A stretch of DNA of 64,000 nt from NCBI RefSeq assembly GCF_963921235.1, contig NC_086097.1, forward strand, positions 92,568,001-92,632,000, given 5' to 3'. The stretch is from Mobula hypostoma. Its lineage: Eukaryota. This document shows, in pieces, positions 12,286-25,952 of this stretch. The position numbers and the translations under genes were made by a program. The notes below the pieces were generated by a model. That model made no database searches. It saw nothing but the letters and a program-made list of their open reading frames with translations, and had not been told where the DNA came from. Every line of letters starts with the position of its first letter. Within the stretch, counting starts at the first letter, position 1.

Positions 12286-13401
12286 ACTCCAGTCCTACTC
12301 TGTTTCTTTTCTGTCAATCAGTTATTAATCCATGCCAGTGCATCATCTCCCGATCCACATGCTTTACACTTGCACACTACACATCGAGGTGAAACCTTAA
12401 GAATTTACTAGAAGTTCAAATACACCACATCCAATTGTTCTCCCTTATCGAGTCACAAAACTCGAGTAGATTTATTAACCATAATTTCCCTTTCATAAAC
12501 CCATGTTGACTTTGTTTAGTCCTGTTAATGCATTCAATGGGTTCTGTTATAACATCTAAAAGACATGAGGTGACCTAGTCTGCATTTCACTGCCATTCCC
12601 CTCCCTGCTATAGTTACATTTGCCATCCCCTGAACTATAGCATTTGTTGTTAAGGTAACAGGTGAGTAATAGGTGGCATATGGTTGGACAAGGGTGTGGA
12701 TGGTTTTGTGCTGGTGAACATGTACAAAGAGTCAACACCTTCACAATTGACAAGGCAGAATAGATCTCAAGTGAAGCACTAACTACATTTCCTTCTGCTG
12801 CAAGCTTCATGACATCTGGACAATGATCCCTTTTCATACTACATGGTACTATTACCATGGCTGAATAACAAAAGAAGACATTGAAGTTATCACTATGACC
12901 AAGTAGCTGTTCATTCATTTAATGTTGTTATCTGTTGAACAGGAAAAGCACTCGATAAATCTAAATTATATTTTGCAAGGAAACACCCAATTAACTACTG
13001 GCTGTAATTGATTCTAAATAATCTGATATAGGTCCGATTTTAAAGAGCATCTGGCTCCGATTAATTAGACAGTAGCAAATCATGAGGCAGAATGGTGCAG
13101 TTATCAGATAATTAGTGTCTCTCCATAAAGGCAACAAATCAGTTCAGCCATTTGGGATGACTTTGAGATCAGGGATTAAAGTACACAGATGTGCTCGAGC
13201 AAGGTTTATTTGTGACCAGAAATAAATTAATTAGGACTTCTTTAATCAGGCAGAAACAGAACAAAATGGATGGAACTAACTGAAACAATAGTGTCAGCCG
13301 GGGATGACGTTCGAATCCATTTTACTAGTGGACCACTGCAGGCACTCGTTCTGTTTTGCAACTCCAAACCATTGAACTAATTCAAAGGTTAATTCGAAAA
13401 G

Positions 13402-13640
13402 GCAAGAGCTCATACGGCCAAAGGAGATGACTGAGATAAGAGGGCCATCCATGAAGCATTGAGGAACTGAACCAGGGAAGAATTTGAATGCAATGAGAAG
13501 AATTTTTAAACTGAAGCTCTCAATCTATATGACTAAGGAAAGGGTTGATGGATGAATAAGATACAAATAACAGTCTTTTAAATAAAGAGGGCATAAGGGG
13601 CCAGCCAAGTGATACTGGACTAAAGGACTGCAGAAGGTTA
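13402..13640. repeat. Local duplication, copy A (old LINE-like fragment)
   Basis: Aligns with 16431-16655 (gcaagag..ggccaaaggagatgac..gccagccaagtgatactgga). Confidence 0.85.
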
Positions 13641-13644
13641 AGAG

Positions 13645-13827
13645 AGCCGAGAGATGCGAGTCTTAAACTTGTACTTTAAGTGAGGTGTGCACATATCATG
13701 TGGTATCGTCATGACCTATGCAATTCATGTATTTTTACATATAACCCATAGTGAATTATTTAAATGAACAAGCATGCTTAATCAAACAATATATTTACAA
13801 TATTACTGACATATTAACTACACAACA
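13645..13827 (-). mobile_element. Probable LTR fragment
   Basis: Minus strand starts TGTTGTGT, is AT-rich and has an LTR-like layout. No partner LTR in the window. Confidence 0.4.
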
Positions 13828-14034
13828 GTACTGCTAATCTAAAACTAGGACAGTGTATGCTGAGAAAACTCTTCAGATGAGGTTGTACCTGGGTAAAGGA
13901 GGCAGGAAATGGACAAATTAACAGTCCAGGTGTGAGCTACAACAGAAAAGTCTTTTCATCAAAAACGTAACAATGTACAGCATCCCAAGTGAGTTCTTAA
14001 GTGCTTAACCAAAGAAGATTATATCATGCCAGAT

Positions 14035-16320
14035 ATAGAAACATAGAAACATAGAAAATAGGTGCAGGAGTAGGCCATTCGGCCCTTCGAGCCTGCACCG
14101 CCATTTATTATGATCATGGCTGATCATCCAACTCAGAACCCAGCCTTCCCTCCATACCCCCTGACCCCTGTAGCCACAAGGGCCATATCTAACTTCCTTT
14201 TAAACATAGCTAATGAACTGGCCTCAACAGTTTGCTGTGGCAGAGAATTCCACAGATTCACCACTCTCTGTGTGAAGAAGTTTTTCCTAACCTCGGTCCT
14301 AAAAGGCTTCCCCTCTATCCTCAAACTGTGACCCCTCGTTCTAGACCTCCCCAACATCGGGAACAATCTTCCCGCATCTAGCCTGTCCAATCCCTTTAGG
14401 ATCTTATACGTTTCAATCAGATCCCCCCTCAATCTTCTAAATTCCAACGAGTACAAGCCCAGTTCATCCAGTCTTTCTTCATATGAAAGACCTGCCATCC
14501 CAGGAATCAACCTGGTGAACCTTCTTTGTACTCCCTCTATGGCAAAGATGTCTTTCCTCAGATTAGGGGACCAAAACTGCACACAACACTCCAGGTGTGG
14601 TCTCACCAAGGCCTTGTACAACTGCAGTAGTACCTCCCTGCTCCTGTACTCGAATCCTCTCGCTATAAATGCCAGCATACCGTTCGCCTTTTTCACCGCC
14701 TGCTGTACCTGCATGCCCACTTTCAATGACTGGTGTATAATGACACCCAGGTCTCGTTGCACCTCCCCTTTTCCTAATCGGCCACCATTCAGATAATAAT
14801 CTGTTTTCCTATTTTTGCCACCAAAGTGGATAACTTCACATTTATCCACATTAAATTGCATCTGCCATGAGTTTGCCCACTCACCCAACCTATCCAAGTC
14901 ACCCTGCATCCTCTTAGCATCCTCCTCACTGCTAACACTGCCACCCAGCTTTGTGTCATCCGCAAACTTGGAGATGCTGCATTTAATTCCCTCATCCAAG
15001 TCATTAATATATATTGTAAACAACTGGGGTCCCAGCACTGAGCCTTACAGTACCCCACTAGTCACCGCCTGCCATTCTGAAAAGGTCCCGTTTATTCCCA
15101 GTCTTTGCTTCCTGTCTGCTAACCAATTCTCCACCCACACCAATACCTTACCCCCAATACCGTGTGCTTTAAGTTTGCACACTAATCTCCTGTGTGGGAC
15201 CTTGTCAAAAGCCTTTTGAAAATCCAAATATACCACATCCACTGGTTCTCCCCTATCCACTCTACTAGTTACATCCTCAAAAAATTCTATGAGATTCGTC
15301 AGACATGATTTTCCTTTCACAAATCCATGCTGACTTTGTCCGATCATTTCACCGCTTTCCAAATGTGCTGTTATCACATCCTTGATAACTGACTCCAGCA
15401 GTTTCCCCACCACCGACGTTAGGCTAACCGGCCTATAATTCCCCGGTTTCTCTCTCCCTCCTTTTTTAAAAAGTGGGGTTACATTAGCCACCCTCCAATC
15501 CTCAGGAACTAGTCCAGAATCTAATGAGTTTTGAAAAATTATCACTAATGCATCCACTATTTCTTGGGCCACTTCCTTAAGCACTCTGGGATGCAGACCA
15601 TCTGGCCCTGGGGATTTATCTGCCTTCAATCCCTTCAATTTACCTAACACCACTTCCCTACTAACATGTATTTCGCTCAGTTCCTCCATCTCACTGGACC
15701 CTCTGTCCCTTACTATTTCTGGAAGATTATTTATGTCCTCCTTAGTGAAGACAGAACCAAAGTAATTATTCAATTGGTCTGCCATGTCCTTGCTCCCCAT
15801 AATCAATTCACCTGTTTCTGTTTGCAGGGGACCTACATTTGTCTTTATCAGTCTTTTCCTTTTTACATATCTATAAAAGCTTTTACAGTCCGTTTTTATG
15901 TTCTCTGCCAGTTTTCTCTCATAATCTTTTTTCCCCTTCCTAATTAAGCCCTTTGTCCTCCTCTGCTGAACTCTGAATTTCTCCCAGTCCTCAGGTGAGC
16001 CACTTTCTCTGGCTAATTTGTATGCTACTTCTTTGGAATTGATACTATCCCTAATTTCTCTTGTCAGCCACGGGTGCACTACCTTCCTTGATTTATTCTT
16101 TTGCCAAACTGGGATGAACAATTGTTGTAGTTCATCCATGCAACCTTTAAATGCCTGCCATTGCATATCCACCGTCAATCCTTGAAGTGTCATTTGCCAG
16201 TCTATCTTAGCTAATTCACGTCTCATACCTTCAAAGTTACCCCTCTTTAAGTTCAGAACCTTTGTTTCTGAATTAACTACGTCACTCTCCATGTTAATGA
16301 AGAATTCCACCATATTATGG
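14035..16320 (-). mobile_element. Young 5'-truncated CR1 LINE (ORF2 3' part)
   Basis: ORFs 15045..16313 and 14133..15038 are in one frame, split only by TAA in GVL*GSVLGP. KFADD present. (TTTCTATG)n tail at 14035-14058. Confidence 0.96.
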
Positions 16321-16430
16321 CCTTGGACTCTTTAAAGAGGGAAAGAAAAAGGAGAAAAAGAGAGAAAAAGAGAGAGGTTTAGGGATATTCTGGAGTTTAA
16401 AGTCTGGGACACAATGAAAACTGGGAACGT

Positions 16431-16655
16431 GCAAGAGATCATAGGGCCAAAGGAGATGACCGAGATAAGAGGGTCATCAATGAAGCGTTGAGGAACTCAA
16501 CCAGGGAAGAATTTGAATACAATGAAGCTCTCAATCTATATGACTGAGGAAAGGGTTGATGGATGAACAAGAAATAAACAGCAGCCTTTTAAATGAGTAG
16601 AGTATAAGGAGCCAGCCAAGTGATACTGGAATAAAGGACAGTAGAAGTCACAAGG
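16431..16655. repeat. Local duplication, copy B
   Basis: Aligns with 13402-13640, with a small internal deletion. Confidence 0.85.
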
Positions 16656-16789
16656 ACATGAAGAAGTATAAGCTCCAGAGGTGACACTGGGCAGTCCTTT
16701 TCCTGGGGTCAGACCTGCAATCTTCCCATTTTGTGACCAGGATCTCATCTCTCTAAACAAGCACCAAAGAGCTGAATCCCAGAAATGAG

Positions 16790-17040
16790 CTAACTATAAG
16801 ACCATAAGACATCAAAGCAGAATTAGGCTATTTGGCACATTGATGTTGTGCTGCCTTTCCAGCACGGCTAATTTGTCATCCCTCTCAACCCCATTCTCTT
16901 GCCTTCTTTCCATAACCTTTGATACTCTTTACTAATCAAGAACTTATCAACTGCCACTTTAAAAATACCCAATGACTTGGCCTACACGGCCATCTGTGGC
17001 AATGAATTCCACAGATTCACCACACTTTAGCTAAAAAGCT
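16790..17040 (-). mobile_element. CR1 3'UTR fragment
   Basis: ataagaccataagac tail; similar to 14060-14280. Confidence 0.8.
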
Positions 17041-18080
17041 CATTTTGACTCGTTTGATTGGAGCAGTCAAAGTTCTAAGCAAACTGTGTACTTTTCCATT
17101 GATTACACTCAGTAACACTGGCACTTGCTTTTCTTTGGCTATTTCATTTGCTTCAAAATACTGCTCAATTTGTTCAGTATACTACATCCAGTCTTCCGTT
17201 GTGCAATTGAATGCATCTATCTTTCTGATGTAGCCAGCCATTTCTGCTTTTTTAAAAATTATTAGTATTATTATCCAGTACTCATTGTTTATGAACTCTG
17301 TCAACTTAGTAAAACCCGAACTTACCCACACAAAGCCATATTGGCTCTCCCTAGCTAGGCCATAGTTCCCCAAATGCTTGTAACTACTATCCCTGAGAAT
17401 TCTCTCCAGTCACTTCCCTACCACCGACATGAGACTGACTGGTCTATAGTTTCCAGGATTATTTGTGGTACACTTCTTGAATAATGCAACAACATTAGTA
17501 ACTCGCCAGTCCTCCAGGACCTCACATCAGGCTAGGGAGGACATAAAGATACAGGTCAAGGCCCCAGCAATCTCTTCTCTTGCCTCTCTCGATAATCTAG
17601 GGTATATCCCATCAGATCTGGAGATATATCTAGCTTAATGCTCTATAAGAGACACAACAGTACCTCCTCCTTCACCCCAAAGTGCCCTGGCAAATCAATA
17701 CACTCAGCACTGATCTCCCAATTCTCCACATTCTTCTTGGTAAAAACTAATGTAACATATATGACTCACTAAGGATCTCACCCACAGCCTCTGCATCCAA
17801 GAAAATATTCCCCCTTTATCCTTGAGTGGTCCTACCCTCTCCTTTGTTATCTTCTTGCTCTTGTTGTAGGTACTGACTACCTTGGGATTCTCCTTAATTC
17901 TACTTGCCAAGGACACTTAATGGCCCCTCCTGGCTTTCCTTAAGTTATTTTCTGGGTTTTTTATAATCCTCAAGGGCTCTGTCTGATACAAGCTTCCTAA
18001 ACTTTAAATACATTCTTGACTAAATTCATCACCTCTCTTGACATCCAGGGTTCTCTTATCTTGCCATCCTTGCCCTTCCT

Positions 18081-19805
18081 CATAGAATCATAGAAAAATA
18101 CAGCACAGAAACAGGCACTTCGGCCCATCTAGTCCACGCCAAATCATTTAAGCTGCCTCATCCCATCGACCTGCCTCCATACCCCTGTGGAGGACCACAG
18201 CCCTCCATACCCTTACCATCCATGTACCTATCCAAACTTTCCTTGTGTTGAAAATGAGCTCACCTGCACCACTTGTGCTGACAGCATGTTCCACACTCTC
18301 ACGGCCCTCTCAGTGAAGAAGTTTCCCCTCATGTTCCTCTTAAACATTTCACCTTTCACCCTTAGCCCATGACCTCTAGTTGCCTCAGTGGAAAAAGCCT
18401 GCTTGCACTTACCCTATCTGTACCCCTCATATTTTGTATACCTCTATCAAATCATCCTTCAATCTTCGACGTTCCGAAGAATAAAGTCCAAACCTATTCA
18501 ATCTTTTCTTATAACCTGGGTCCTCCAAACCCGCAACATCCTTGTAATTTTTCTCCATAATCTTTGAATCTAATTTACATCTTTCCTGTAGGTAGATCAG
18601 CAAAACAACACACAATACTCCAAATCAGTCCTCACCCAATCCTGTACAACTTCAGCATAACACCCTATCTCCTGTACTCAGTACTTTGATTTATAAAGGC
18701 CAATGTTTCAAAAGCTTTCTTTACATTTCCATCCACCTTTGCTGCCACTTTCAATGAATTATAGATCTGTATTCCCAGATCGCTTTGTTCTATTACACTC
18801 CCCAGTGCCCATCCGCTCACAGTGTAAGACCTACTCTGGCTAGTCCTTCCAAAGTGCAACACCTCACACTTGTCTGCATTAGATTCCATCTGCTATTTTT
18901 CAGCCCATTTTCCAAGCTTGTCCAGAACCTGCTGCAAGCCATGATAGCCTTCCTCACTGTTCACTACACCCCCAATCTTGGAGTCATCCAGAAATTTGCT
19001 GACCTAGTTAATCACATTATCATCCAGATCATTGATATAGATAACAAACAGCACTGATCCCTGCAGCACTCCACTAGTCACAGGCCTCCAGTCGGAAAGA
19101 CAGTGATCTACTACCACTCTCTGGCTTCTCTCACACAGCCAATACCTAATCCAATCTACTACCTCATACTGAATGCCAAGTGACTGAAACTTCTTGACAA
19201 ACCTCCCATGCAGGACCTTGTCAAATGCTTTGCTAAAGTCCATGTAGACAACACCCACTGCCTTGCCTTCATCAACTTTCCTGGTAACTTCCTCGAAAAA
19301 GTCTATAAAATTGGTTAGATATGACCTACCATGCACAAAGCCATGCTGACTATCCCTAATCAGTCCCTGTCTATTCAAATACTCATATATCCAGAACCTT
19401 TGAATTCCTTCCAATAACTTTCCCACTGCTGATGTCAATCTCACCAGCCTATAATTCCCTGGTTTATTTTTAGAGTCTTTCTTAAACAGCAGAACAACAT
19501 CATTTATCCTCTAATCCTCTGGTACCTCACCTGTCACCAAAGACGATTTATGCATTTCTAAATGACAATAAAAGAGGACTGAGTGTTCTCATAATCTAAT
19601 CTAATCTAAAAATCTTTGCTAGGGTCTCTGCAATCTCTGCATTTGCCTCCCACAGAGGCTGAATGAACACTTTGTCAGGTCCTGGGGATTTGTCCACCCT
19701 AATTTGTTTCAAAACAGCAAACACCTCCTCCTCTGTAATCTGTATAGGGTCCATTGCTGCTTTGCCTCACTTGTATGGACTCTGTGTCTGTCTCCCAAAT
19801 AAATA
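18081..19805 (-). mobile_element. Nested CR1 (RT + 3'UTR)
   Basis: catagaatcatagaa tail at 18081; SQHGF..DFSKAFDKV remnants. Confidence 0.85.
19551..19608 (+). mobile_element. 3'-terminal fragment of the 620-bp non-autonomous retroelement, with (AATCT)n tail
   Basis: aaatgacaataaaagaggactg..cataatctaatctaatctaa, inserted inside a CR1. Confidence 0.75.
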
Positions 19806-21825
19806 CATTCTGACTGGAATATACCTGTCCTGTACTCTGCATTTGGTCTTTAAAAACCTTCCACATATCTGACGTTGACTTGCCCAAAAACAGTTGTTCC
19901 CAATTAACCCTGTTTCTGACTACTGTTCTCATAATTAGTCCTGCTCCAATTTAATACTGTCTCACAAGGTCCATACTTATCCTTATCTATAGTGACAGTA
20001 TCTTAAAATTTAAAGAGTTGTGGTCATGTTCCATAACTGTTCACCCACTGGAAGGTCAGTCACCTGACTGAGCTCATTACCCAACACCAGATCCAGTACA
20101 GCCCCTCCTCCTGTTGGACTATCTACATATTGATTTAAGAAACCCTCCTGAATGTACCTGACAAATTCTGCCCCATCTAAACCTCTTGCACTCAGAAGGT
20201 CCCAGTTAATATTAGGGAAGTTGAAGTCCCCCACGACAACAACCCTATTTTTTACAGCTTTTGTTAATCTGCCCGCATATAGGTTCCTCAATTTCCTGGT
20301 AGCTACTGGGGGCCTGTAGTACAATCCCATCTCTTCTTTTTAAATTCTACCCATATAGACCCAGTTAGACGAGCCCTCTATTTTGTCCTGTTAAAGTGCA
20401 GCTGTGATATTGTCCCTGCAACTCCACCCTCCCCCAACCTTTCCCTCCCTCTCTATCTTTTCTAAAAATTCAAAACCCTAGGACATTAAACACCATTCCT
20501 CTCCCTCTCTCAACTAAGTCTCTGTAATGGCCACAACATCATGGTGCCTTGTACTAATCAATGTTCATCTCCTGTACCCATAATACTCCAAGCATTGAAA
20601 TAACTCATTCCCACCATATCTGTTACTTCGCTTCTACTAGCCCTGACATCTACCTTCCTGTCCATCCCTCCACTTTCTGACCTGGTGCTCTGGTACCCAT
20701 CACCCTGCCAAACTAGCTTAAACCTTCCCGAGCAGCATTAATGAACCTCCTGTCCAGGATGCTGATTTCCCTCCAGTTTAGGTGCAACCCATCCCTCTCA
20801 TACAGCCACCCCTGCCACAGAAGAGGTTCCAATGATCCAAGAAACTGAAACCTTGCCCCTGCACCACTTCCTCAGCCATTCATTCATCTGTTCTACTATC
20901 CTATTCCTGCCCTGACTAGCACATGGCACCAGGAGTAATCCACAGATTACTACCGAGGAGATCCTACTCTTGATCCTCTTCTCTAAATCCTTATACTCAC
21001 TGCACCAGACCTCTTCCCCCTTTCTACCCAAGTCATCGGTGCCAAAGTGCACCACAACCTCTGACTGCTCATCGTCCTCCTGAAGAATATTCTGCAGCTC
21101 CACTGAGACATCCTGTTCCTGAGCACCTGGGAGGCAACGCACCATCCTGGCTTCCCTTTTGTGGCCACAGAATCTCCTATCCATTCCCCCAACTACTGAG
21201 TCTCCTATCACTAACACTCTGCCTGGCTTTACCCTTGTCTGTGAGCCTCAGAGCCGGCCACAGTGCCACTGGCCCAGCTGTTGCTCCTGTTCCCTGTCGG
21301 GTCATTCCCCCCTCCTCCTCCCCACCACCCCCTGTGGTAAAAGGCATGTACTTATCGCTGAGGGGAATGCTTACTCCCCTTAAATCTGGTGGTCACCCAC
21401 CTACCATCTGAAACCTGCACTCCAGGTGTGAACATCTCAGTAAAAGTGTCATCTTTATGTATTCAGCCTTCTGGACGATCTTGAGCACATCAGCCCCAGC
21501 TCCAGTTCCTTGACCTTGTCAGTCTGGGGCCAAAATTGGGTGAATCTCCTGCAGAAATAGTCATCAGGGAGACCATGAGGTACCCTGAAATCCCTGGATT
21601 CATAGCCTCAGAACTTTATGAATAAGCCTACCATGAGAAACCTTGTTTGACACCTTACCGAAATCCATATACACCACATCCACTGCTCTACCTTCGTCAA
21701 TTTGTTTTGTCACTTGTTAGGCTCATGAGGCATGACCTGCACCTTACAAAACCATGCTTACTATTTCTAATCTGACTATATATCTCCAAATGTTTGTAAT
21801 CCTCTCCAATAGTTTGCCCATCACT

Positions 21826-22632
21826 AATGAGTACAGGGCTACGGTAGGAAATTTTGTCACATGGTGTGAGCAGAATTATCTCCAGCTTAATGTGAAAAAG
21901 ACTAAGGAGCTGGTGGTAGACCTGGGGAGAGCTAAGGTCCCAGTGACCCCTGTTTCCATCCAGGGGGTCAGGGTGGACATGGTGGAGGATTACAAATATC
22001 TGGGGATACGAATTGACAATAAACTGGACTGATCAAAGAACACTGAGGCTGTCTACAAGAAGGGTCAGAGCCGTCTCTATTTCCTGAGGAGACTGAGGTC
22101 CTCTAACATCTGCCAGATGATGCTGAGGATGTTCTACGAGTCTGTGGTGGCCAGTGCTATCATGTTTGCTGTTGTGTGCTGGGGCAGCAGGCTGAGGGTA
22201 GCAGACACCAACAGAATCAACAAACTCATTCGTAAGGCCAGTAATGTTGTGGGGATGGAACTGGACTCTCTGACGGTGGTGTCTGAAAAGAGGATGCTGT
22301 CCAAGTTGCATGCCATCTTGGACAATGTCTCCCATCCACTACATAATGTGCTGGTTGGGCACAGGAGTACATTCAGCCAGAGACTCATTCCACCGAGATG
22401 CAACACTGAGCGTCATAGGAAGTCATTCCAGCCCGTGGCCATCAAACTTTACAACTGCTCCCTTGGAGGGTCAGACACCCTGAGCCAATAGGCTGGTCCT
22501 GGATTTATTTCCTGGCATAATTTACATGTTACTATTTAACTATTTATGGTTTTATTACTATTTATTATTTATGGTGCAACTGTAACGAAAACCAATTTCC
22601 CCCGGGATCAATAAAGTATGACTATGACTATG
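21826..22632 (+). mobile_element. 5'-truncated Rex1/Babar-type LINE
   Basis: WCEQNYLQLNVKKTKELVVD..YKYLG and SHPLH..RHRKSF.PVAIKLYN; AATAAA + (TATGAC)n tail. Inserted in a CR1 fragment (21610-22705, -). Confidence 0.9.
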
Positions 22633-23983
22633 TAAGACTCACAGGTCTATAATTCCCAGGATTATCCCTATTACCTTTCTTGAATAAAGGAATAATGTTT
22701 GCCACACTAAAGTACGTTTACACATTGTGCATTAGTTCATATCTACTTAAAGAGAAGAATGTTAAATGTAATTTTGGTGCTCATATTTACTTCAGTGTCT
22801 ATTTTGTTATTTGGTAAATTTAGTTAAACTAAAAAAAAAGGGATCTAATGCTTCCCTGGCATATATGATGAATAAACTTTTCTCAGGCTTCCAATCAGGT
22901 ACAGTTAAACTATATAATTTAACCCCAATCACATTAATTGTGGTATAATTATATAATTAAGGTAGATTTTACTTCATTTACAAGGAATGTTATAAAACTC
23001 AATTGCATGGAAATAAATGCAAACATCATGACCTGACAGCGTAATAACCTAAGTAATGTGGTATAGCAGCTGGTGTTTAATAAAGCTTGATATTTTTGCG
23101 CATCACAATTCCTCTTTAAAGAAAATTCTCATTTAGATTCCACTTTTCCAATTAATAATTAACTAACTCTGCTGTGCCCTCTGATAACAGAATTTACGTC
23201 CTTTTATCTGGGTAAACAAAAGTGCTTGTTAGCGAATGCAGCAATGTAATGCTGAGCCAAGCTGAGAAGTGCTAGTGGTGTGGGGAGCCCCGTTCTGCAG
23301 TACACCCTGAGTACTCAGTTAATGGCTGGCTCCAAGACACATCAGCTCCTATTAATGGACTCCATTCAAGTTCATTACTAGGACCCAGAGTGAGCTGTGT
23401 TAACCTGACAGCCCAGCAGTCTAACAAAATTATCGGCAGTCTCCTCCAAGTTAACTGTTCAGCGACCCATGAAGATTATTCAACAGAACTGATGACCCAG
23501 CTTTCAAAAAGGTTTCTGTGTTCCGCAAGAGGGAATTATAAATTAATTACAGAAAAGGAAAAAAAAGAACTTGCATTTCCATGACATCTTTCACAGAGAC
23601 AGAGGCCATCCCAAAATAATTAAAGATACAGAATACTTTTGAAGTACTGTCATTGTTGAGTTGCAGAGAGTAAAATTGTATTGACCAGAACATCTGCTTT
23701 TAGCCGATATTTATCAGGATGTCTGCATTTCTACACAATAGTGCCACAACACCGGAACTTCTGAAGATACTGCTCCTTTCATAAACTTGCTTCAACATCT
23801 GCACAACTGGATCTAAAACACTGTATTCTTATTTTTTCTTTTATTCTTTTTGCAAGATATGAGGTGTCATCGATTTGGGTAAGTAGTTATTGCCCATTTT
23901 TAGACAGTGCCTCCAAGCTCAACGGCTTGCTAGCCATCTCAGGTGGCTACAAAGAGTCAATTTCCCTGCTTTGCATCAGGACT

Positions 23984-24268
23984 TATTTATTGAATGATTG
24001 ATTGATTGATTGATTGGAGATACAGCACAGAGTCGGCCCTTCCTGTCTCTCAATTTAATCCTATCCTAATGACAGGACAATTTACAATGACCAGTTAACC
24101 TACCAACCAGTACATCTTTGTACCATAGGAGGAAACCGTAGCACCCAGAGGAAACCTTCATGGTCACAGGGCGAATGTACAACCTCTTTACTGGCAGCAG
24201 TGGGAATTGAACCTGGGTCGCCTGTACTGTAAAGTGTTATGCTAACCACTACACTCTCATGCTGCCCC
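23984..24268 (-). mobile_element. tRNA-derived V-SINE (HE1-like)
   Basis: A-box-like TAGTGGTTAG, B box GGTTCAATTCC (about 24203-24213), V core gtttcctctgggtgctacggtttcctcc, (AATC)n tail. Confidence 0.8.
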
Positions 24269-24432
24269 TTACAGTACATCAGATATGGATGGTCAATTTC
24301 CTTCCCTGAAGCATATTAATGAATGAATTAGAATCAATGTTCCTTTCCATTCACAAGTCTACAGATAATGACGCAGACCATATAACATTAAGACAATGGA
24401 CTAAATGCTGAAAAATGGGGTCAGTATAGATT

Positions 24433-25952
24433 AGTGAAGGTCCAAGTATTTAAAAATCTGAAGTTCATAATGCAATAAATAAGATGAAGAAAGGAAAGAC
24501 AGAAGGTCCTAATGAATTAGTAATAGAACAAATTATTGCCCTTGAAGATTATGGAATTGAAAAACTTACTGATTTAATCAATGACATTTATGAGACTGGA
24601 ATAATACCAGAAGAGATGAAGAATCAGTATTTATCACTCTTCCTAAGAAACCTGGAGCAATAGAATGTGAATTACATAGAACCATAAGCTTAATGAGTCA
24701 TATCACCAAGATACTTCTAAGAATTTTGATGACAAGAGTTAAAAGTAAGGTGCAAGCTGAAATAGGTAAAGAACAATGTGGTTTTGTGAAAGACAAAGGG
24801 ACAAGAAACACAATATTGATGTTAAGGATACTATCAGAACAAGCTATTTAAGTGCAAAAAGATTTGTTTGTTTTAACAACTGCACAAAAGCATTTGATAA
24901 AGTGAAGCACAATAAGTATTTGAAATATTTCAGAAAACTCTAGATCTAGATTTGAAAGACCTCCGCCTAATCAGAAATCTGTACTGGGAACAAACTGCCG
25001 CTCTAAGAATAGATGGAGAAGTGAGTCAGTTTACAAAAACCAAGAGAGATGTTAGACAAGGGTATGTTTTCTCCCCTGATTTATTTAATGTGTACAGTGA
25101 AACAATATTACAAAAAATAAGAGACATCTTGGGAATCAAAGTTGGCGGTGAAAACATCAATAATTTCAGATATGCAGATGACACTGTGTTAATTGCAAGT
25201 ACGGAGGAAGAACTACAAAACTTTATTGATATAGTTGTTGAAGAAAGTGCAAAAATGGGTCTATCTATCAATTGCAAAAAGACAGAATGTATGGTGATAT
25301 CCAAAAAGAAGGAGAATCCTACCTGCAGGCTGAGAATAAACAGGGAAGACATAAAACAAGTATAGAACTTTTGCTACTTAGAAAGCTGGGTGACATCAGA
25401 TGGCAGGTGTGACATGGACATCAAAAGAAGAATAGGGATGGCAAAAGACACCTTTATGAGAATGAAGAGTATACTGACCAATACTAAACTAGGCATGACA
25501 ACCCGCCTCAGAGTACTGAAATGTTACGTTTATCCAGTTATGTTATATGGCTCAGAATGTTGGACAATATCTAGCAACATGAAGAAACGAATTGAAGCAA
25601 CAGAGATGTGGTTTTTGAGGAGGATGCAAAGAATATCATGGATGAAACGAATATCTAACAAGGACGTCATGAACAGAGCAAACACAAAAAGAGAAATAAT
25701 GTATGAGATCATGAAAAGGCAACGTAACTTCATTGGACATGTGATTAGGAAAGAGGAGTTAGAATGCACGGTAATTATGGGAAAGATTGAAGGGAAGAAA
25801 GCAAAAGGAAGACAAAGACAAATGATGATGGAGACAGCAGCCAGAGAACTAGAAATGAATACCAATGAATTGATCCACTTGACCCGAAACAGGAGTGTGT
25901 GGGCCATGGCAGGCAAAGCTCAAACTGGGCACGGCACCTGATGATGATGATG
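24433..25952 (+). mobile_element. 5'-truncated RTE-clade LINE
   Basis: VRQGYVFSP, RYADD, IKRRIGMAK, LYGSECWT, EMWFLRRMQRISW; (TGA)n tail. ATAGATT direct repeat at 24426-24432 and 25953-25959 (probable TSD). Confidence 0.92.

Larger units (their letters stand above)
17290..21600 (-). mobile_element. Old CR1 (ORF1 about 20710-21600, endonuclease about 20010-20600, RT about 17290-18080) interrupted by a younger CR1
   Basis: GDSVVGGMDRRFC ORF1 remnant; YYRPP..GDFNFP..LDLVL endonuclease remnant. Confidence 0.85.

Noticed and set aside
24200..24268. tRNA gene
   Set aside because: The A/B boxes belong to a SINE head followed by a V core and tail; no complete cloverleaf.
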